Shown one piece after another: positions 15,071 to 25,187 of a DNA stretch of 32,000 bases. Position 1 is the stretch's first letter. The number at the start of each line of letters is the position of its first letter. The stretch is taken from contig NC_014205.1 of the NCBI RefSeq assembly GCF_000092465.1, forward strand, positions 540,001 through 572,000, in the 5' to 3' direction. The notes beneath the pieces are model-generated. The model searched no databases. It saw only the letters and a program-made list of their open reading frames with translations, and was not told where the DNA came from. The DNA comes from Staphylothermus hellenicus DSM 12710 (lineage in GTDB: Archaea > Thermoproteota > Thermoprotei_A > Sulfolobales > Desulfurococcaceae). The position numbers were made by a program, and so were the translations under genes.

Positions 15071-16027
15071 TTGATATGTAGTGCTGCCCCCGCCAAAGTT
15101 ATTTTATTCGGAGAACACTTCGTTGTAAAGGGTAAGCCAGCAATAGTTACAGCTGTTAATCTATATGCTAAAACATGTATTATGGAATTAGAGAGTGGAA
15201 AACACCTGCTTATCTCTAAGCAGCTCCGACAAGAAACTGATCTCGACAAAGAACATGTTCCCGAACAACTAGCGCAATTCAAACGTATATATGAAATCAT
15301 ATATGAGAAGTATGGGGTTATTAGGGGTTTTAAAGCAATTATTGATTCCGATATACCCGTATCCTCTGGCATGGGATCGTCTGCAGCAACGGCAGTATCT
15401 TTTACACATTCATTACTGAGATTTTTAGGGGTTGAATTCAAACTTGAGGATGTAAATAATATAGCTTATGAAGCAGAAAAACTAGTTCACGGAAAGCCTA
15501 GTGGTATAGATAACACTGTTTCAACGTTTGGCGGAATAATATATTATAAGCGGGGATATATGGAAAAACTAAATGTTAAATGGCCCCAAAACCTTTCATT
15601 AGTTGTTGTTGATTCAGGTATTAAGAGAAATACTGGAAAAGTTGTAATGGATGTTTTGGAAAGATATGAGAGACACGAAGAAATAATGAAGCACATATAT
15701 GTTGCAGCCGAGCAACTTGTTAATAAAGCTAAGAATTTGATCTTATCTAGTCGTTTCTATGATTTAGGCGAGTTAATAAGTATAAATCAGAGTTTACTAG
15801 AATCTATAGGTGTTTCTATATTCGAGACAGACAGGATCATATACGCTATGATTGAGAGCGGCGGATTGGGAGCTAAGATCAGCGGTGCTGGTAGAGGGGG
15901 AATAGTTTATGGATTATTTATGGAAAACAGCCTTAACAATGCAATTCATAGATTGAAAAATATTGGTTATAAACCCATCATTGTGAAGCCCGTTGAGAAG
16001 GGCGTTATAGAATTTCATAGTTCATAG
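15071..16027 (+). CDS. mvk: mevalonate kinase
   Basis: GHMP kinase motifs are present: KVILFGEHFVV, PVSSGMGSSAA and KISGAGRGG. The longest ORF starts at GTG 15050. TTG 15071 (M-ICSAAPAKVILFGEH) gives the usual short N-terminus and has GGTGTGA 6-12 nt upstream. The start is not certain. Confidence 0.85.
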   Translation: MICSAAPAKVILFGEHFVVKGKPAIVTAVNLYAKTCIMELESGKHLLISKQLRQETDLDKEHVPEQLAQFKRIYEIIYEKYGVIRGFKAIIDSDIPVSSGMGSSAATAVSFTHSLLRFLGVEFKLEDVNNIAYEAEKLVHGKPSGIDNTVSTFGGIIYYKRGYMEKLNVKWPQNLSLVVVDSGIKRNTGKVVMDVLERYERHEEIMKHIYVAAEQLVNKAKNLILSSRFYDLGELISINQSLLESIGVSIFETDRIIYAMIESGGLGAKISGAGRGGIVYGLFMENSLNNAIHRLKNIGYKPIIVKPVEKGVIEFHSS

Positions 16028-16102
16028 TTGAAGATATATCACTAATTTATGAATCCGCCTAGGATTTAGTGTGATAAAATACTTGATACAGGTGATTAGA
16101 AT

Positions 16103-16555
16103 ATGTTTAATAATGATAAGAGCAGGGTTCATAAGAGGATCAAGTATACAGATAATGTTTTCAACAGAATAAGCTTAATTATATCCGATAATCTCCGGTC
16201 AATATATGAATATAATAATATTGTTAAAAACTATGGTTACTATTTAAAACCTATACATGTAGTTGTGAAGAAGTCTGGAAGTGGAGCTGTAAAATACTAC
16301 TATTATGGGAGATACTGGTATAGGTTAGAATATACTAGAGGAAATAAGAGAAAGCTCAAATGGATCTATATAGGCAAGGAAAAACCAGATAAAAAACTAC
16401 CTGACCCCCCAACCAATCCGTTGGAAGGCACAGTCATAAAAATTAGAAGGGGAACAATAGAAATATCTGGTTCAAAAGAGGCATTATCCATATTATCGAG
16501 GGCTTTCAGATCAGGACCTCTAGATTATGAGGGTAAAAATGATAATGAGAATTAA
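16103..16555 (+). CDS. hypothetical protein (basic, Tyr-rich core)
   Basis: 150 aa with an ATG start. The distinctive segment is KYYYYGRYWYRLEYTRGNKRKLKWIYIGK. No family is assigned with confidence. Confidence 0.5.
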   Translation: MFNNDKSRVHKRIKYTDNVFNRISLIISDNLRSIYEYNNIVKNYGYYLKPIHVVVKKSGSGAVKYYYYGRYWYRLEYTRGNKRKLKWIYIGKEKPDKKLPDPPTNPLEGTVIKIRRGTIEISGSKEALSILSRAFRSGPLDYEGKNDNEN

Positions 16556-16602
16556 TTATAAGGCATCTTAGCGTTAATTCTCAATAACTCGGTGAATATA
16601 AA

Positions 16603-17898
16603 TTGGAAGACTTATTTATTAGAAATGCTAGGTTTATTTTAACCCCGAATAGCCTAGATAACACAATTGTATATGAAAATAAAGATATCGTTATTGAGAA
16701 TGGAATAATAACTTGTATCGGCGATCACTGTTCTAAGCCTAGGGGATCACTAGTTATTGATGCTTCAAAACATGTCATTACCCCCGCTTATATAAATGCA
16801 CATACTCGTGCAGGTACTGCATTCCTTAGAGGCTCCATGCCTGATCAGGAGTATTGGGATCTGATTAGAAACAAGAAAATTCTTGAGGAAAAACTAGTAT
16901 CTCCCGAGCTAGTTTTTCATTCAAGTAGATTATCATGTGCTGAAATGTTATTGAACGGTATCATGGGATTCGTAGACGCATACTACTATCCTGAAGAAAC
17001 AATTGAGGCATGCATTGATCTAGGACTACATGTTTCAACAGGGCCATCTATGCCTGTTGAGAAAGAGCTGAGAAGTTTTCTATCCAAGTATAAAAATATA
17101 GATAAAGTACATCCAATTATTAATATCCCTAATATGAATCATTCTAGGCTGGAGGAGCTTGAACAGAGTTTTAGCTTAGCTAGAAAATATGGTTTAAAAA
17201 TACATTTACAAGTATCAGAAACTAGGCGAGAGGTTTTCCTGTTCAAGAAACATATAGGGCATTGGCCGATAGAGTATTTATATAAGAAGAAATTATTAGG
17301 CGAGGATGTTTACTTAGTAAATGCTAATTGGGTTTCAAGCACTGAACTCGAGTATATTTCTGAAGAGAAAGCTGCTTTAATAATATGTCCCCACAGATCT
17401 ATGAGGCTTGCTATTGGAGGTTTTGCACCAGTATATGAGGCTATGAGGAAGCATATTCTATTAACTGTTGGTACAGATGATTTTACAGGTGATAGAATGA
17501 ATGTTTTGTCTGAGATTAGAGAACTACTGCTTCTTTACAGGCACTATTATAAGGATACTCGGCTTAGACTAGGACATACTTATTCCTATACCGTCGTGAA
17601 TGGATATAGGGTAATGGGTATAAAGGGTGGGTCCATTAAAGAGAGTTATCCAGCTAACCTGGTAGTCTACGATATAGATGCGTTGAAGAATACACCATTA
17701 CATCCCCAAAATCTTTTAAGTAGGCTTATTCTAGGCAATGGCTTTACCCCGCATTATGTAGTAGTGGATAGTCATGTTATCTATGATAGTTCTAAACACG
17801 ATGAATTAGTTAAGAAGATACAGGAAAGTATAGCATTTTTAGAGCGTATTTCTCAAAGAATCAATTATGAGACCGGTGAACCTGTTGAGCAAGCTTAG
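16603..17898 (+). CDS. amidohydrolase-superfamily protein (chlorohydrolase/MtaD/SsnA-like) with a degenerate metal site
   Basis: 431 aa. The TTG start is forced because the first internal Met lies after the beta1 motif; GGTGA lies 8 nt upstream. Family-like segments: ITPAYINAHTRAGTAFLRG (HxH replaced by H-T-R), HLQVSETRREV, CPHRSMRLAIGGFAPV and VGTDD. Confidence 0.7.
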   Translation: MEDLFIRNARFILTPNSLDNTIVYENKDIVIENGIITCIGDHCSKPRGSLVIDASKHVITPAYINAHTRAGTAFLRGSMPDQEYWDLIRNKKILEEKLVSPELVFHSSRLSCAEMLLNGIMGFVDAYYYPEETIEACIDLGLHVSTGPSMPVEKELRSFLSKYKNIDKVHPIINIPNMNHSRLEELEQSFSLARKYGLKIHLQVSETRREVFLFKKHIGHWPIEYLYKKKLLGEDVYLVNANWVSSTELEYISEEKAALIICPHRSMRLAIGGFAPVYEAMRKHILLTVGTDDFTGDRMNVLSEIRELLLLYRHYYKDTRLRLGHTYSYTVVNGYRVMGIKGGSIKESYPANLVVYDIDALKNTPLHPQNLLSRLILGNGFTPHYVVVDSHVIYDSSKHDELVKKIQESIAFLERISQRINYETGEPVEQA

Positions 17899-18088
17899 TA
17901 GGATATATTACTACCTAGGATTAGCTGCAGTAATATCAACAATTAGTGCCTCTATAGGTTCTCTCCTAATATATTTACTATATAGGCTTGAAACCTACCT
18001 CTTATACGCTTTAGTGTGGGGTTTAATAGCTGTTATAGACTATATAATATGGCGAAGCCCACCAAAGCAGGGGTCGAATAATGGGTGA
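17867..18088 (+). CDS. small two-TM membrane protein (hypothetical)
   Basis: 73 aa with an ATG start and two clear hydrophobic helices. It overlaps the upstream gene by 32 nt and the downstream gene by 8 nt. Confidence 0.35.
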   Translation: MRPVNLLSKLSRIYYYLGLAAVISTISASIGSLLIYLLYRLETYLLYALVWGLIAVIDYIIWRSPPKQGSNNG

Positions 18089-18383
18089 GAAAAAAGAATG
18101 CAGCGCTCTTAGGGAATCAGCTGAGCTAGTAGCAATTATTAATTATTTGAATAATCGTAGAGACGAATATGGTGTTGCATGGAGGCTTGACAGCTTATTA
18201 AGCAAAGTTGATTTATTATCTAGTATAATACATAATTGCTGCGGAGTAGAAACTTATGAATTATTTATGAACTACATGAGCAATCCAGAAAACGAAGATC
18301 TAGCATCAGAAATTATTAGAATGCTTCATGAATGCATGATTAAAAATGAATGTAGAAGTAATATTTCGATTGAGGAAGAATAG
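18081..18383 (+). CDS. hypothetical acidic, Cys-containing protein
   Basis: 100 aa with an ATG start that overlaps the previous stop (ATGGGTGA). It has five Cys residues, including a CC pair. No family is recognised. Confidence 0.4.
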   Translation: MGEKKECSALRESAELVAIINYLNNRRDEYGVAWRLDSLLSKVDLLSSIIHNCCGVETYELFMNYMSNPENEDLASEIIRMLHECMIKNECRSNISIEEE

Positions 18384-18429
18384 TGTTTTAAACTATAAAT
18401 CAATTTTTGAAATATTATTTTTAGACATG

Positions 18430-19251
18430 TTATTTGTTAGTTTTCAAAACAATATCCCATCGAGTTCTTGACTGTTCAATTACAGGAACAATTTTTCTCG
18501 CTTCCAAAACATCGTCCAGGTTGATCGGCCACTCAATGTATCCTCTTCTATAACCCATATCTACTTCTCTAAAACCATATGGGCTGAATACACCGCTCCT
18601 ACCAACGTATTGTTTTCCTGTCTGATCCGATAATATAATGTACATTGTGTTTTCATGGCTTCTAGCCCTAGCTAATAAATCAAGTATTTCCTCCTTCAAT
18701 GGTCCTCTAACCCATCCCGCATGAATGAATACTCCATAAGCATCTTGCCGTGCATAGCTTCGGAAAAGCTCTGGGAAGCGTAGATCATAACATATAGCTA
18801 CATAGAATTTGAGATGATCAAATACTATTGTTCGAGAAAGAGTTCTTCCAGGCAGAAAATAGTCTGATTCCCGATACCCGTATGCATCAAATAAGTGCAT
18901 TTTACTATATACTTTATCAACCCTACCACTTGGATGAATAAGTATGCTTGAACTCATTGTTTTCGGCGGGGTATCTGTTTTTTCAATGAAATGTATAAGT
19001 ATATATGCATCAAGCTTCGCCGCGAGATCGCTTATCTTAGAAATATATGTACTATCATTTATTCTCTCAGCTCTCTCATATACATCGATAGGCTTTAATC
19101 CAGCAAGAATATTTATCATTGAATATTCTGGAACAACGATAATATCGGCAACTTGATGTTTTTCTTCTAGTAACTCTTTAATTCTTCTATAGTTCTCCAT
19201 AGGATCAACTGTGAATTTATCTTGTAATATACCTATAAATACCCTACTCAA
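18430..19251 (-). CDS. carbon-nitrogen hydrolase (nitrilase superfamily) protein
   Basis: The E-K-C triad contexts are present: VVPEYS, SKMHLFD and AICYDLRFPELFR. The length is 273 aa. The TTG start preserves the N-terminal strand RVFIGILQ. Confidence 0.8.
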   Translation of the reverse strand: MSRVFIGILQDKFTVDPMENYRRIKELLEEKHQVADIIVVPEYSMINILAGLKPIDVYERAERINDSTYISKISDLAAKLDAYILIHFIEKTDTPPKTMSSSILIHPSGRVDKVYSKMHLFDAYGYRESDYFLPGRTLSRTIVFDHLKFYVAICYDLRFPELFRSYARQDAYGVFIHAGWVRGPLKEEILDLLARARSHENTMYIILSDQTGKQYVGRSGVFSPYGFREVDMGYRRGYIEWPINLDDVLEARKIVPVIEQSRTRWDIVLKTNK

Positions 19252-19306
19252 TATCTATATGACACCTTTTCAAATAATCTCTTTATAGATTCACATAAAT
19301 AATTGA

Positions 19307-19642
19307 TTATTGTAACCCAATGTTTTTCTTGATTTCGGCTGTAGCGTTTCTTGTAAGGATCTCGTTGAGATCATAGACTTCTACCTTGATATCTTTTATG
19401 ACAAATTTATTGTTTTCCACTTCATAGTTAAGAATAACATTTACAATAGCATCTTTTGGGATCTCGAACCTCTCCACTAGAACATTGAAGATTTTAGCAT
19501 TCAAATCGCTAATGATATTATTTATTTCTTTAGCATTTAGAACTTTTTGCTTATAATAGTCGCGGAGAGCGGCATTGATAACTCTTCTGAGCTTTATCGC
19601 GTAACCACTTACTCTAACTGGCCCAGTTCTTACTTCAGGCAA
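19307..19642 (-). CDS. conserved-looking archaeal hypothetical protein (possibly DUF2258-like)
   Basis: 111 aa. The TTG start is forced, since there is no internal Met codon at all. The N-terminus 'RTGPVRVSGYAIKLRRVINAAL' resembles what I recall of a small archaeal DUF; this is unverified. Confidence 0.5.
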   Translation of the reverse strand: MPEVRTGPVRVSGYAIKLRRVINAALRDYYKQKVLNAKEINNIISDLNAKIFNVLVERFEIPKDAIVNVILNYEVENNKFVIKDIKVEVYDLNEILTRNATAEIKKNIGLQ

Positions 19643-19741
19643 CCCTTATAACACCCATATTATATATTGATCCAATTGTAAAATATATCTTTTATCATTA
19701 AAAATACACTGTTAAAAGAAATAGAGGAGCTGTGAAAAAAT

Positions 19742-20170
19742 ATGTATAGAATACCTAGACTCATAGACGTTAATGCTAAATCAAGGATTTTTAGAGATAA
19801 GAAGAAACTGTTGATTATTGGAAGATGTGTTGAGCTAGAACATCCTGAAATATTGGAGAAGTTCAAGAATGACTATGCTTTATTATCTGTTTGTCTAGAA
19901 GCAGAACATGTTAATATGGTTGGGTTTAAGCTTGCAGGGATTCTTGCCCGTGGAAAATATGAGGAAGTGTCAGTTTTAACAGTTGATGGGAGTCTTCATT
20001 GTACACAGCTTCATTGGATGGTTGAAGAAGTATTTAAGATCCTTGGAGGGAATAGTATTAAACGAAGACACTTTGTTATATATCATGGGAAACTATACGA
20101 GGTATCTGTTAAAGCGGTTAAAACTAGTAGATACCTATATAAAGTTCATAAACTGGTTGCGGAGGGCTAG
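19742..20170 (+). CDS. hypothetical protein
   Basis: 142 aa with an ATG start. It contains a 'DGSLHCTQLHW' segment. No family is assigned. Confidence 0.5.
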   Translation: MYRIPRLIDVNAKSRIFRDKKKLLIIGRCVELEHPEILEKFKNDYALLSVCLEAEHVNMVGFKLAGILARGKYEEVSVLTVDGSLHCTQLHWMVEEVFKILGGNSIKRRHFVIYHGKLYEVSVKAVKTSRYLYKVHKLVAEG

Positions 20171-20178
20171 AATATATA

Positions 20179-20967
20179 ATGTCCGATCTCGAGACGAGAA
20201 TTAGTGATCTAATGAGAGCATGTGATATTATTGCTAAGAGACTGCATGGTTTTAAGAGAATGCCTGGCTTACTTATATATTCTTCTTCCCTGATCGTTGT
20301 TTATGCTTTATTGCTTATTATATCGTACTTTACTCGATTGAACGAATTAATTTATCTCATCGAGTTATTGATGGGTTTATTTGGATCAACTATTATATTT
20401 ATACTTCACATGGTTATTCTTAGAAAGCTAAATAATCATGTAGAGGTTTCTAAATATCTCCACTCACATATTGAGGATATGTTGAAGATAATAAATTTAG
20501 AGTTGAGTGTAGAATCATATAATTACCTTGCAAAATTTCTAGCTGTTGAGAAGGCTCCTTTAGAGTATATGCCTGTGCTATTAGTTATTCCATATTTATC
20601 TTTGCTTACAGTAGAAAACCCGCTTTTTTCAATACTGCTAATAATTCTTTTCCTAGTTGCTCTCCCGTCTCTTTTATTTTTCCAGATGGAATTATTTAAT
20701 AGACATGTTGTGTATGAGAATAAAATTATTCGTGAAGTATTTAGTAGGATAGGTAATAATGAATATGATCCTTATGAACCATTCATTGTTGGATTGAAAG
20801 ATGTATTATTATCTATAATTACTCTAGGAATATATCTTATAGCCTTATATGCCAAGGTGGATGCCTACCTAGATAATCACATTGTTAAGCATAGGAGGAA
20901 CTATAGATTGTTTAAAATAAACTATATTAAGAAGTCTAAAGAGCTCCTAGGCTTTACTCAGCTATGA
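20179..20967 (+). CDS. hypothetical polytopic membrane protein
   Basis: 262 aa with an ATG start and several hydrophobic helices. Its 3' end overlaps the convergent moeA 3' end by 14 nt. Confidence 0.5.
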   Translation: MSDLETRISDLMRACDIIAKRLHGFKRMPGLLIYSSSLIVVYALLLIISYFTRLNELIYLIELLMGLFGSTIIFILHMVILRKLNNHVEVSKYLHSHIEDMLKIINLELSVESYNYLAKFLAVEKAPLEYMPVLLVIPYLSLLTVENPLFSILLIILFLVALPSLLFFQMELFNRHVVYENKIIREVFSRIGNNEYDPYEPFIVGLKDVLLSIITLGIYLIALYAKVDAYLDNHIVKHRRNYRLFKINYIKKSKELLGFTQL

Positions 20968-22930
20968 TCTCTCCAATATTATTTGGTATCCTATAGCCTG
21001 GATACTTGTTCTGAACCTCATTTTTCTTTTCTCTTAAAGACTTAAGTATATCGATGAATTCTCTAACTAGTTTCTTATTCATGCGATCCCTCAATATGAG
21101 GAAGTCATATTTTTCCCAAGTTAATGGTATGAAGTCTAGATTGTACATTTTAGCAGCCATTTCAACAGCTATTCCTGCATCTGCTCTGCCCTGAGCTATG
21201 GCTGCTGCAACAGCTGTATGTGTTTTCACCTCGTATGTGTATCCATTGATTTTCTCAACTATGTCGTGGAGTGATAGGTTTTCTTTCTCAGCTAGTTTTT
21301 TCAATATATAGTCTAGATATACGCGTGTTCCAGAGCCTCTGGTTCTATTCACTATTACTATATCGTTTCTGAGGAAATCCTTGATCCCAGTTATATTCTT
21401 AGGATTACCTTTTCCAACAAGTATTCCCAGTCTTCGCTCATATCCTCTTAGCAGGACTGCTTTGCTTTTTAGACCAAATTTTTCCATGAATGGAGCATTG
21501 TATTCAAGTGTTTCCTCGTCTAGAAGATGTGTTGGTGCTATGTCTGCTTCTCCTCTTCTTATAGCTCTCCAGCCTCCCATGCTTCCTGTAGATATTATTC
21601 TTGTTTGATCAGCTAAACCATACTGTACAAGTATATGGTAGAGCAGGATATCATTGCTACCTATAATTACGAGTTTAGGAAGGCTTTCTAGGTCTCTGAA
21701 CAATACTGTTTCCACAACAGAGTCCTCTAGGAGCAGATCAGTGTTTTCTGGGAGGATAACGTATCCATCGCTATAAATAAATGGTGATATGCTACCGCTC
21801 TTAATTGAGACGGGATATGCTGTGTATCCTTGCCGGGTTTCTATGAGTGATACTGGTAATAGCCATGTTTTACCTAGGGGTTTCTTTATCCTATAAGCTA
21901 GTCTAGCACGTATTTTTCTTCTTCTAGGAGGTTTTGTACCTAATAATTTATACATTATAGGCTTTACGACTTGGTCAAATATCATGTAGCATGATAGCGG
22001 GAATCCCGGTAATCCAAATAATAGTTTCTTGCCTGCTACAGCGATAACTGTTGGTTTTCCAGGTTTAGTCTTTAATCCATGAACAATTACTCCTGGTTCT
22101 CCTAGTTTTTCAAACACCCTATAGATAACGTCTCCTAATCCAGCACTTGTTCCTCCGCTTGTAATAACTATGTCTGCCCATGTAAGGGCTTTCTTGATCT
22201 CAGAGTAAATCGTTTCCTCGTTATCTGGGAGTTTGCCAATAAATTTAGCTTCCACACCCATCTCGTTTAGAGATGAAGTAATGAGGTATCCGTTAACATC
22301 GAAAACTTTTCCCGGAACAAGTTTTTCTCCAGGCTCAACTACTTCATTACCAGTCGAGAACACTGCTACTTTTGGCTTAACATATACTTTTACTTTACTA
22401 ATACCTAGACCGGCGAGTAAGCCTATTATATTGGGTGTTATAATTGTTCCTTTTAATAATACAAGATCCCCCATGGATATGTCGCTTCCCGTAAAAGCAA
22501 TATTTTCTCCTGGAGCGGCTGCACGATATATTTCTACTTCATTTTTTTCTCCCCTAGTATATTCAACCATGACTACAGTATCTGCTCCCCTAGGGATCAT
22601 TGCTCCTGTAGCGATTTCAGCAGCGTCTCCCTTTCTAATCTCCATAGATGGTTTTTCTCCGGGCTCGATTCCCCCAATAACTCTGAGCTTAACAGGGTGT
22701 AGATCATCTGCTCCTCTAATATCTATGCTTCTAACAGCGTATCCGTCTACCTCGCTTCTATCAAATGGCGGGTGATCTATTGGTGCATAAATGTCTTCTG
22801 CTAGTACTCTGCCAGTGGAACTAATTAGGTCAACGTATTCTTCGCCGAGAGGTTTTAATGGATAATATTTTTCTACAACCTTGACAACTTCGTTTAACCC
22901 TGTTAATTGATGAAAAATTTTACGTTCCAC
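20954..22930 (-). CDS. moeA: molybdopterin molybdenumtransferase MoeA fused to a C-terminal periplasmic-binding-protein-like (PBP-like) domain
   Basis: The N-terminal ~410 aa carry PPFDRSEVDGYAV and TSGGTSAG motifs. The C-terminal ~240 aa (LVIIGSNDILL...GSGTRVYLD...AAAIAQGRADAGIAVE) look like the substrate-binding-protein fold seen in long archaeal MoeA proteins. The start is GTG with GGGGGAG upstream. Confidence 0.85.
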   Translation of the reverse strand: MERKIFHQLTGLNEVVKVVEKYYPLKPLGEEYVDLISSTGRVLAEDIYAPIDHPPFDRSEVDGYAVRSIDIRGADDLHPVKLRVIGGIEPGEKPSMEIRKGDAAEIATGAMIPRGADTVVMVEYTRGEKNEVEIYRAAAPGENIAFTGSDISMGDLVLLKGTIITPNIIGLLAGLGISKVKVYVKPKVAVFSTGNEVVEPGEKLVPGKVFDVNGYLITSSLNEMGVEAKFIGKLPDNEETIYSEIKKALTWADIVITSGGTSAGLGDVIYRVFEKLGEPGVIVHGLKTKPGKPTVIAVAGKKLLFGLPGFPLSCYMIFDQVVKPIMYKLLGTKPPRRRKIRARLAYRIKKPLGKTWLLPVSLIETRQGYTAYPVSIKSGSISPFIYSDGYVILPENTDLLLEDSVVETVLFRDLESLPKLVIIGSNDILLYHILVQYGLADQTRIISTGSMGGWRAIRRGEADIAPTHLLDEETLEYNAPFMEKFGLKSKAVLLRGYERRLGILVGKGNPKNITGIKDFLRNDIVIVNRTRGSGTRVYLDYILKKLAEKENLSLHDIVEKINGYTYEVKTHTAVAAAIAQGRADAGIAVEMAAKMYNLDFIPLTWEKYDFLILRDRMNKKLVREFIDILKSLREKKNEVQNKYPGYRIPNNIGEIIAE

Positions 22931-23009
22931 TATTTACTCCCCCAATTATAAATCAATAATTTACAAATAATATAACCGGGTTTTAAACAATTTTAGTATT
23001 ATCTGAAAC

Positions 23010-25178
23010 ATGGATGGGTGTGGTAAAGAGTTGGATGTTGAGAAGCTTTTAGAGTATGGTTTGCCGAGGACATATATTGAACTATTGAAAAATAGGGGGA
23101 TTACAAAGCTTAATCCAGTTCAGAAAAGCGCTGTTAAGAAGGGATTATTTAATAATAAAAACCTATTAGTATCAGCTCCAACAGCGAGCGGCAAGACATT
23201 AATTGGTGAAATGGCTCTTGTCCATAACACTATTAATAAGGATATGATCGGCTTATACCTTGTACCGCTAAGAGCATTAGCTTCTGAGAAATACTATGAA
23301 TTCAAAGAATTAGAAAAACTAGGTTTAAGAATCGGTATAACTACGGGAGATTACGAGTCGCCGGCAGAGTATTTGGGCAGGTACAATATAGTCGTAGCTA
23401 CTTATGAGAGGTTTGATAGTTTATTAAGGCTTAAACCTAGGTGGTTGAATAGAATAGGAGTCATAGTTGTTGATGAATTCCATATGATAGGTGATCCGGA
23501 GCGTGGGCCTATTCTAGAAATGATTATTGCTAGGATGCTGAGTTCACGGGTTCAAATTATTGGTTTATCAGCAACAATAGGTAATCCAGACGTTTTAGCT
23601 GAATGGGTTAATGCTGAGCTAGTAGATGATCCATATAGACCAGTAGAATTAGTTGAAGGAGTATATGATAAGAAAAACCACGTAATAGTTTTCGAAGATG
23701 GGAGAAGAAAGAAAATAATTCATAGAATAGGAGGAGCTGCCCTAAACATTTCTCTCCAAAGTATTTCTAGTGGTATACAAGTACTAGTATTTGTACATAA
23801 TAGGAGAAAAACTGAGGAATGGGCTTTTAAGCTCTCAGAACATATGGGCTTATTCAAGCACCTCATAGATAAAAATAAGTTATCACAGATCCTCGAGGAG
23901 TTAAAAGAGTCTCCGAGTAGGTTGGAGAGAGAAAAACTAGAATACTTGATTAGTAGAGGAGTGGCATTTCACCATGCAGGACTGAGTAGTGTTGCACGTA
24001 GAGTTGTAGAGAAGGGTTTTAGGGAGAGAATAATTAGAGCAGTATTCGCTACCCCTACATTAGCTGCTGGAGTTAATCTTCCTGCTAGAAGGGTTCTCGT
24101 CTCTATTAAGAGATATAGCCCTGTTAGGAGACGGACTGTGAATATAGCTGTTTACGAATATAAGCAGATGGCTGGCAGAGCGGGCAGGCCAACATATGAT
24201 CCATACGGTGAAGCCATAATATATGATGCTTCCAGCTTATCTGAGGGAATGAGGTTTATTCGTGGAAGACTAGAGCCTATAACTAGTAAGTTAAATAATG
24301 AGCGTAGTTTAAGAATACATGTATTAGCATTAATAGCTTCAAGACATGCTAATACTTTAGACGAGATCATTAATGTTTTCAAGAATACATTATTTGCTGC
24401 GGAATATAGGGATCTAGCATATTTGAAGTCTACATTAGACATAGTACTAGATGATCTATTGGATTGGGGCATGATAAAGTCTACTGGAAATAATGGATTC
24501 GTAGCTACAAGGCTTGGATCAATAACATCGATAACGTATCTCGACCCATTATCTGTTAATCGGTATCTGGAGAATGTCAAAGATAATGTAGGCGACCTAT
24601 ATTATCTAATGCTTATAACTCAGACACCTGATTATTTGAGAAGCAAGCCATACATAAGCAATAAACTAGTTGAACTATACGAGGAAGAAGCACTAGAGCT
24701 TAGCGATGAAGGCATTATACCAGAGCCCCCTAAAACATTTGACTACTATGACTACTATACATGGTTGCAGAGCTTTGTTCAAGCAAAAATGCTTCATGAA
24801 TGGATAAATGAGGTGGGTGAGGACGAAATCGTTGAGAAATACAGTATTGGACCAGGCGATGTATATTCTGCTAGAGATACAGCTTCATGGATAGCTGGTG
24901 CTCTTAGCCGTGTTGAAAAAGTATTGGGCAACACATTTAGAGCTAATAAGCTTGAAAAACTAAGTCTTAGACTAGAATATGGGGTCAAGGAAGACGCGTT
25001 AGAACTGGTAGAGCTGCAAGGTATAGGTAGGGTTAGAGCGAGAACACTGATTAAAAACGGTATTAAATCCCTTAAGGATCTAGTAAATACTCCGCCATCT
25101 AAAATAGAATCATTGCCTGGATTCGGCCCGAGACTCGTAAGATCACTCTATGAGCAGTTGAGAGAGAGAAGGGATTAA
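23010..25178 (+). CDS. hel308: Ski2-like DNA helicase Hel308/Hjm
   Basis: Helicase motifs are present: APTASGKT (I), DEFH (II), SAT (III), HHAGL and QMAGRAGR (VI). The 722-aa length and the C-terminal HhH-like region (LQGIGRVRARTL) also fit. Confidence 0.85.
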   Translation: MDGCGKELDVEKLLEYGLPRTYIELLKNRGITKLNPVQKSAVKKGLFNNKNLLVSAPTASGKTLIGEMALVHNTINKDMIGLYLVPLRALASEKYYEFKELEKLGLRIGITTGDYESPAEYLGRYNIVVATYERFDSLLRLKPRWLNRIGVIVVDEFHMIGDPERGPILEMIIARMLSSRVQIIGLSATIGNPDVLAEWVNAELVDDPYRPVELVEGVYDKKNHVIVFEDGRRKKIIHRIGGAALNISLQSISSGIQVLVFVHNRRKTEEWAFKLSEHMGLFKHLIDKNKLSQILEELKESPSRLEREKLEYLISRGVAFHHAGLSSVARRVVEKGFRERIIRAVFATPTLAAGVNLPARRVLVSIKRYSPVRRRTVNIAVYEYKQMAGRAGRPTYDPYGEAIIYDASSLSEGMRFIRGRLEPITSKLNNERSLRIHVLALIASRHANTLDEIINVFKNTLFAAEYRDLAYLKSTLDIVLDDLLDWGMIKSTGNNGFVATRLGSITSITYLDPLSVNRYLENVKDNVGDLYYLMLITQTPDYLRSKPYISNKLVELYEEEALELSDEGIIPEPPKTFDYYDYYTWLQSFVQAKMLHEWINEVGEDEIVEKYSIGPGDVYSARDTASWIAGALSRVEKVLGNTFRANKLEKLSLRLEYGVKEDALELVELQGIGRVRARTLIKNGIKSLKDLVNTPPSKIESLPGFGPRLVRSLYEQLRERRD

Positions 25179-25187
25179 TATAGTTGC

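Noticed and set aside
13330-15441. ORFs 13330..13569 (+), 13765..13965 (-) and 15025..15441 (-)
   Set aside because: They are antisense shadows of the Mrp ATPase, MgtE-like and mevalonate kinase genes respectively.
19660-20204. ORFs 19660..19866 (-) and 19983..20204 (+)
   Set aside because: They overlap the 19742..20170 CDS in antisense or alternate frames. They are shorter, have no start context and are compositionally poor.
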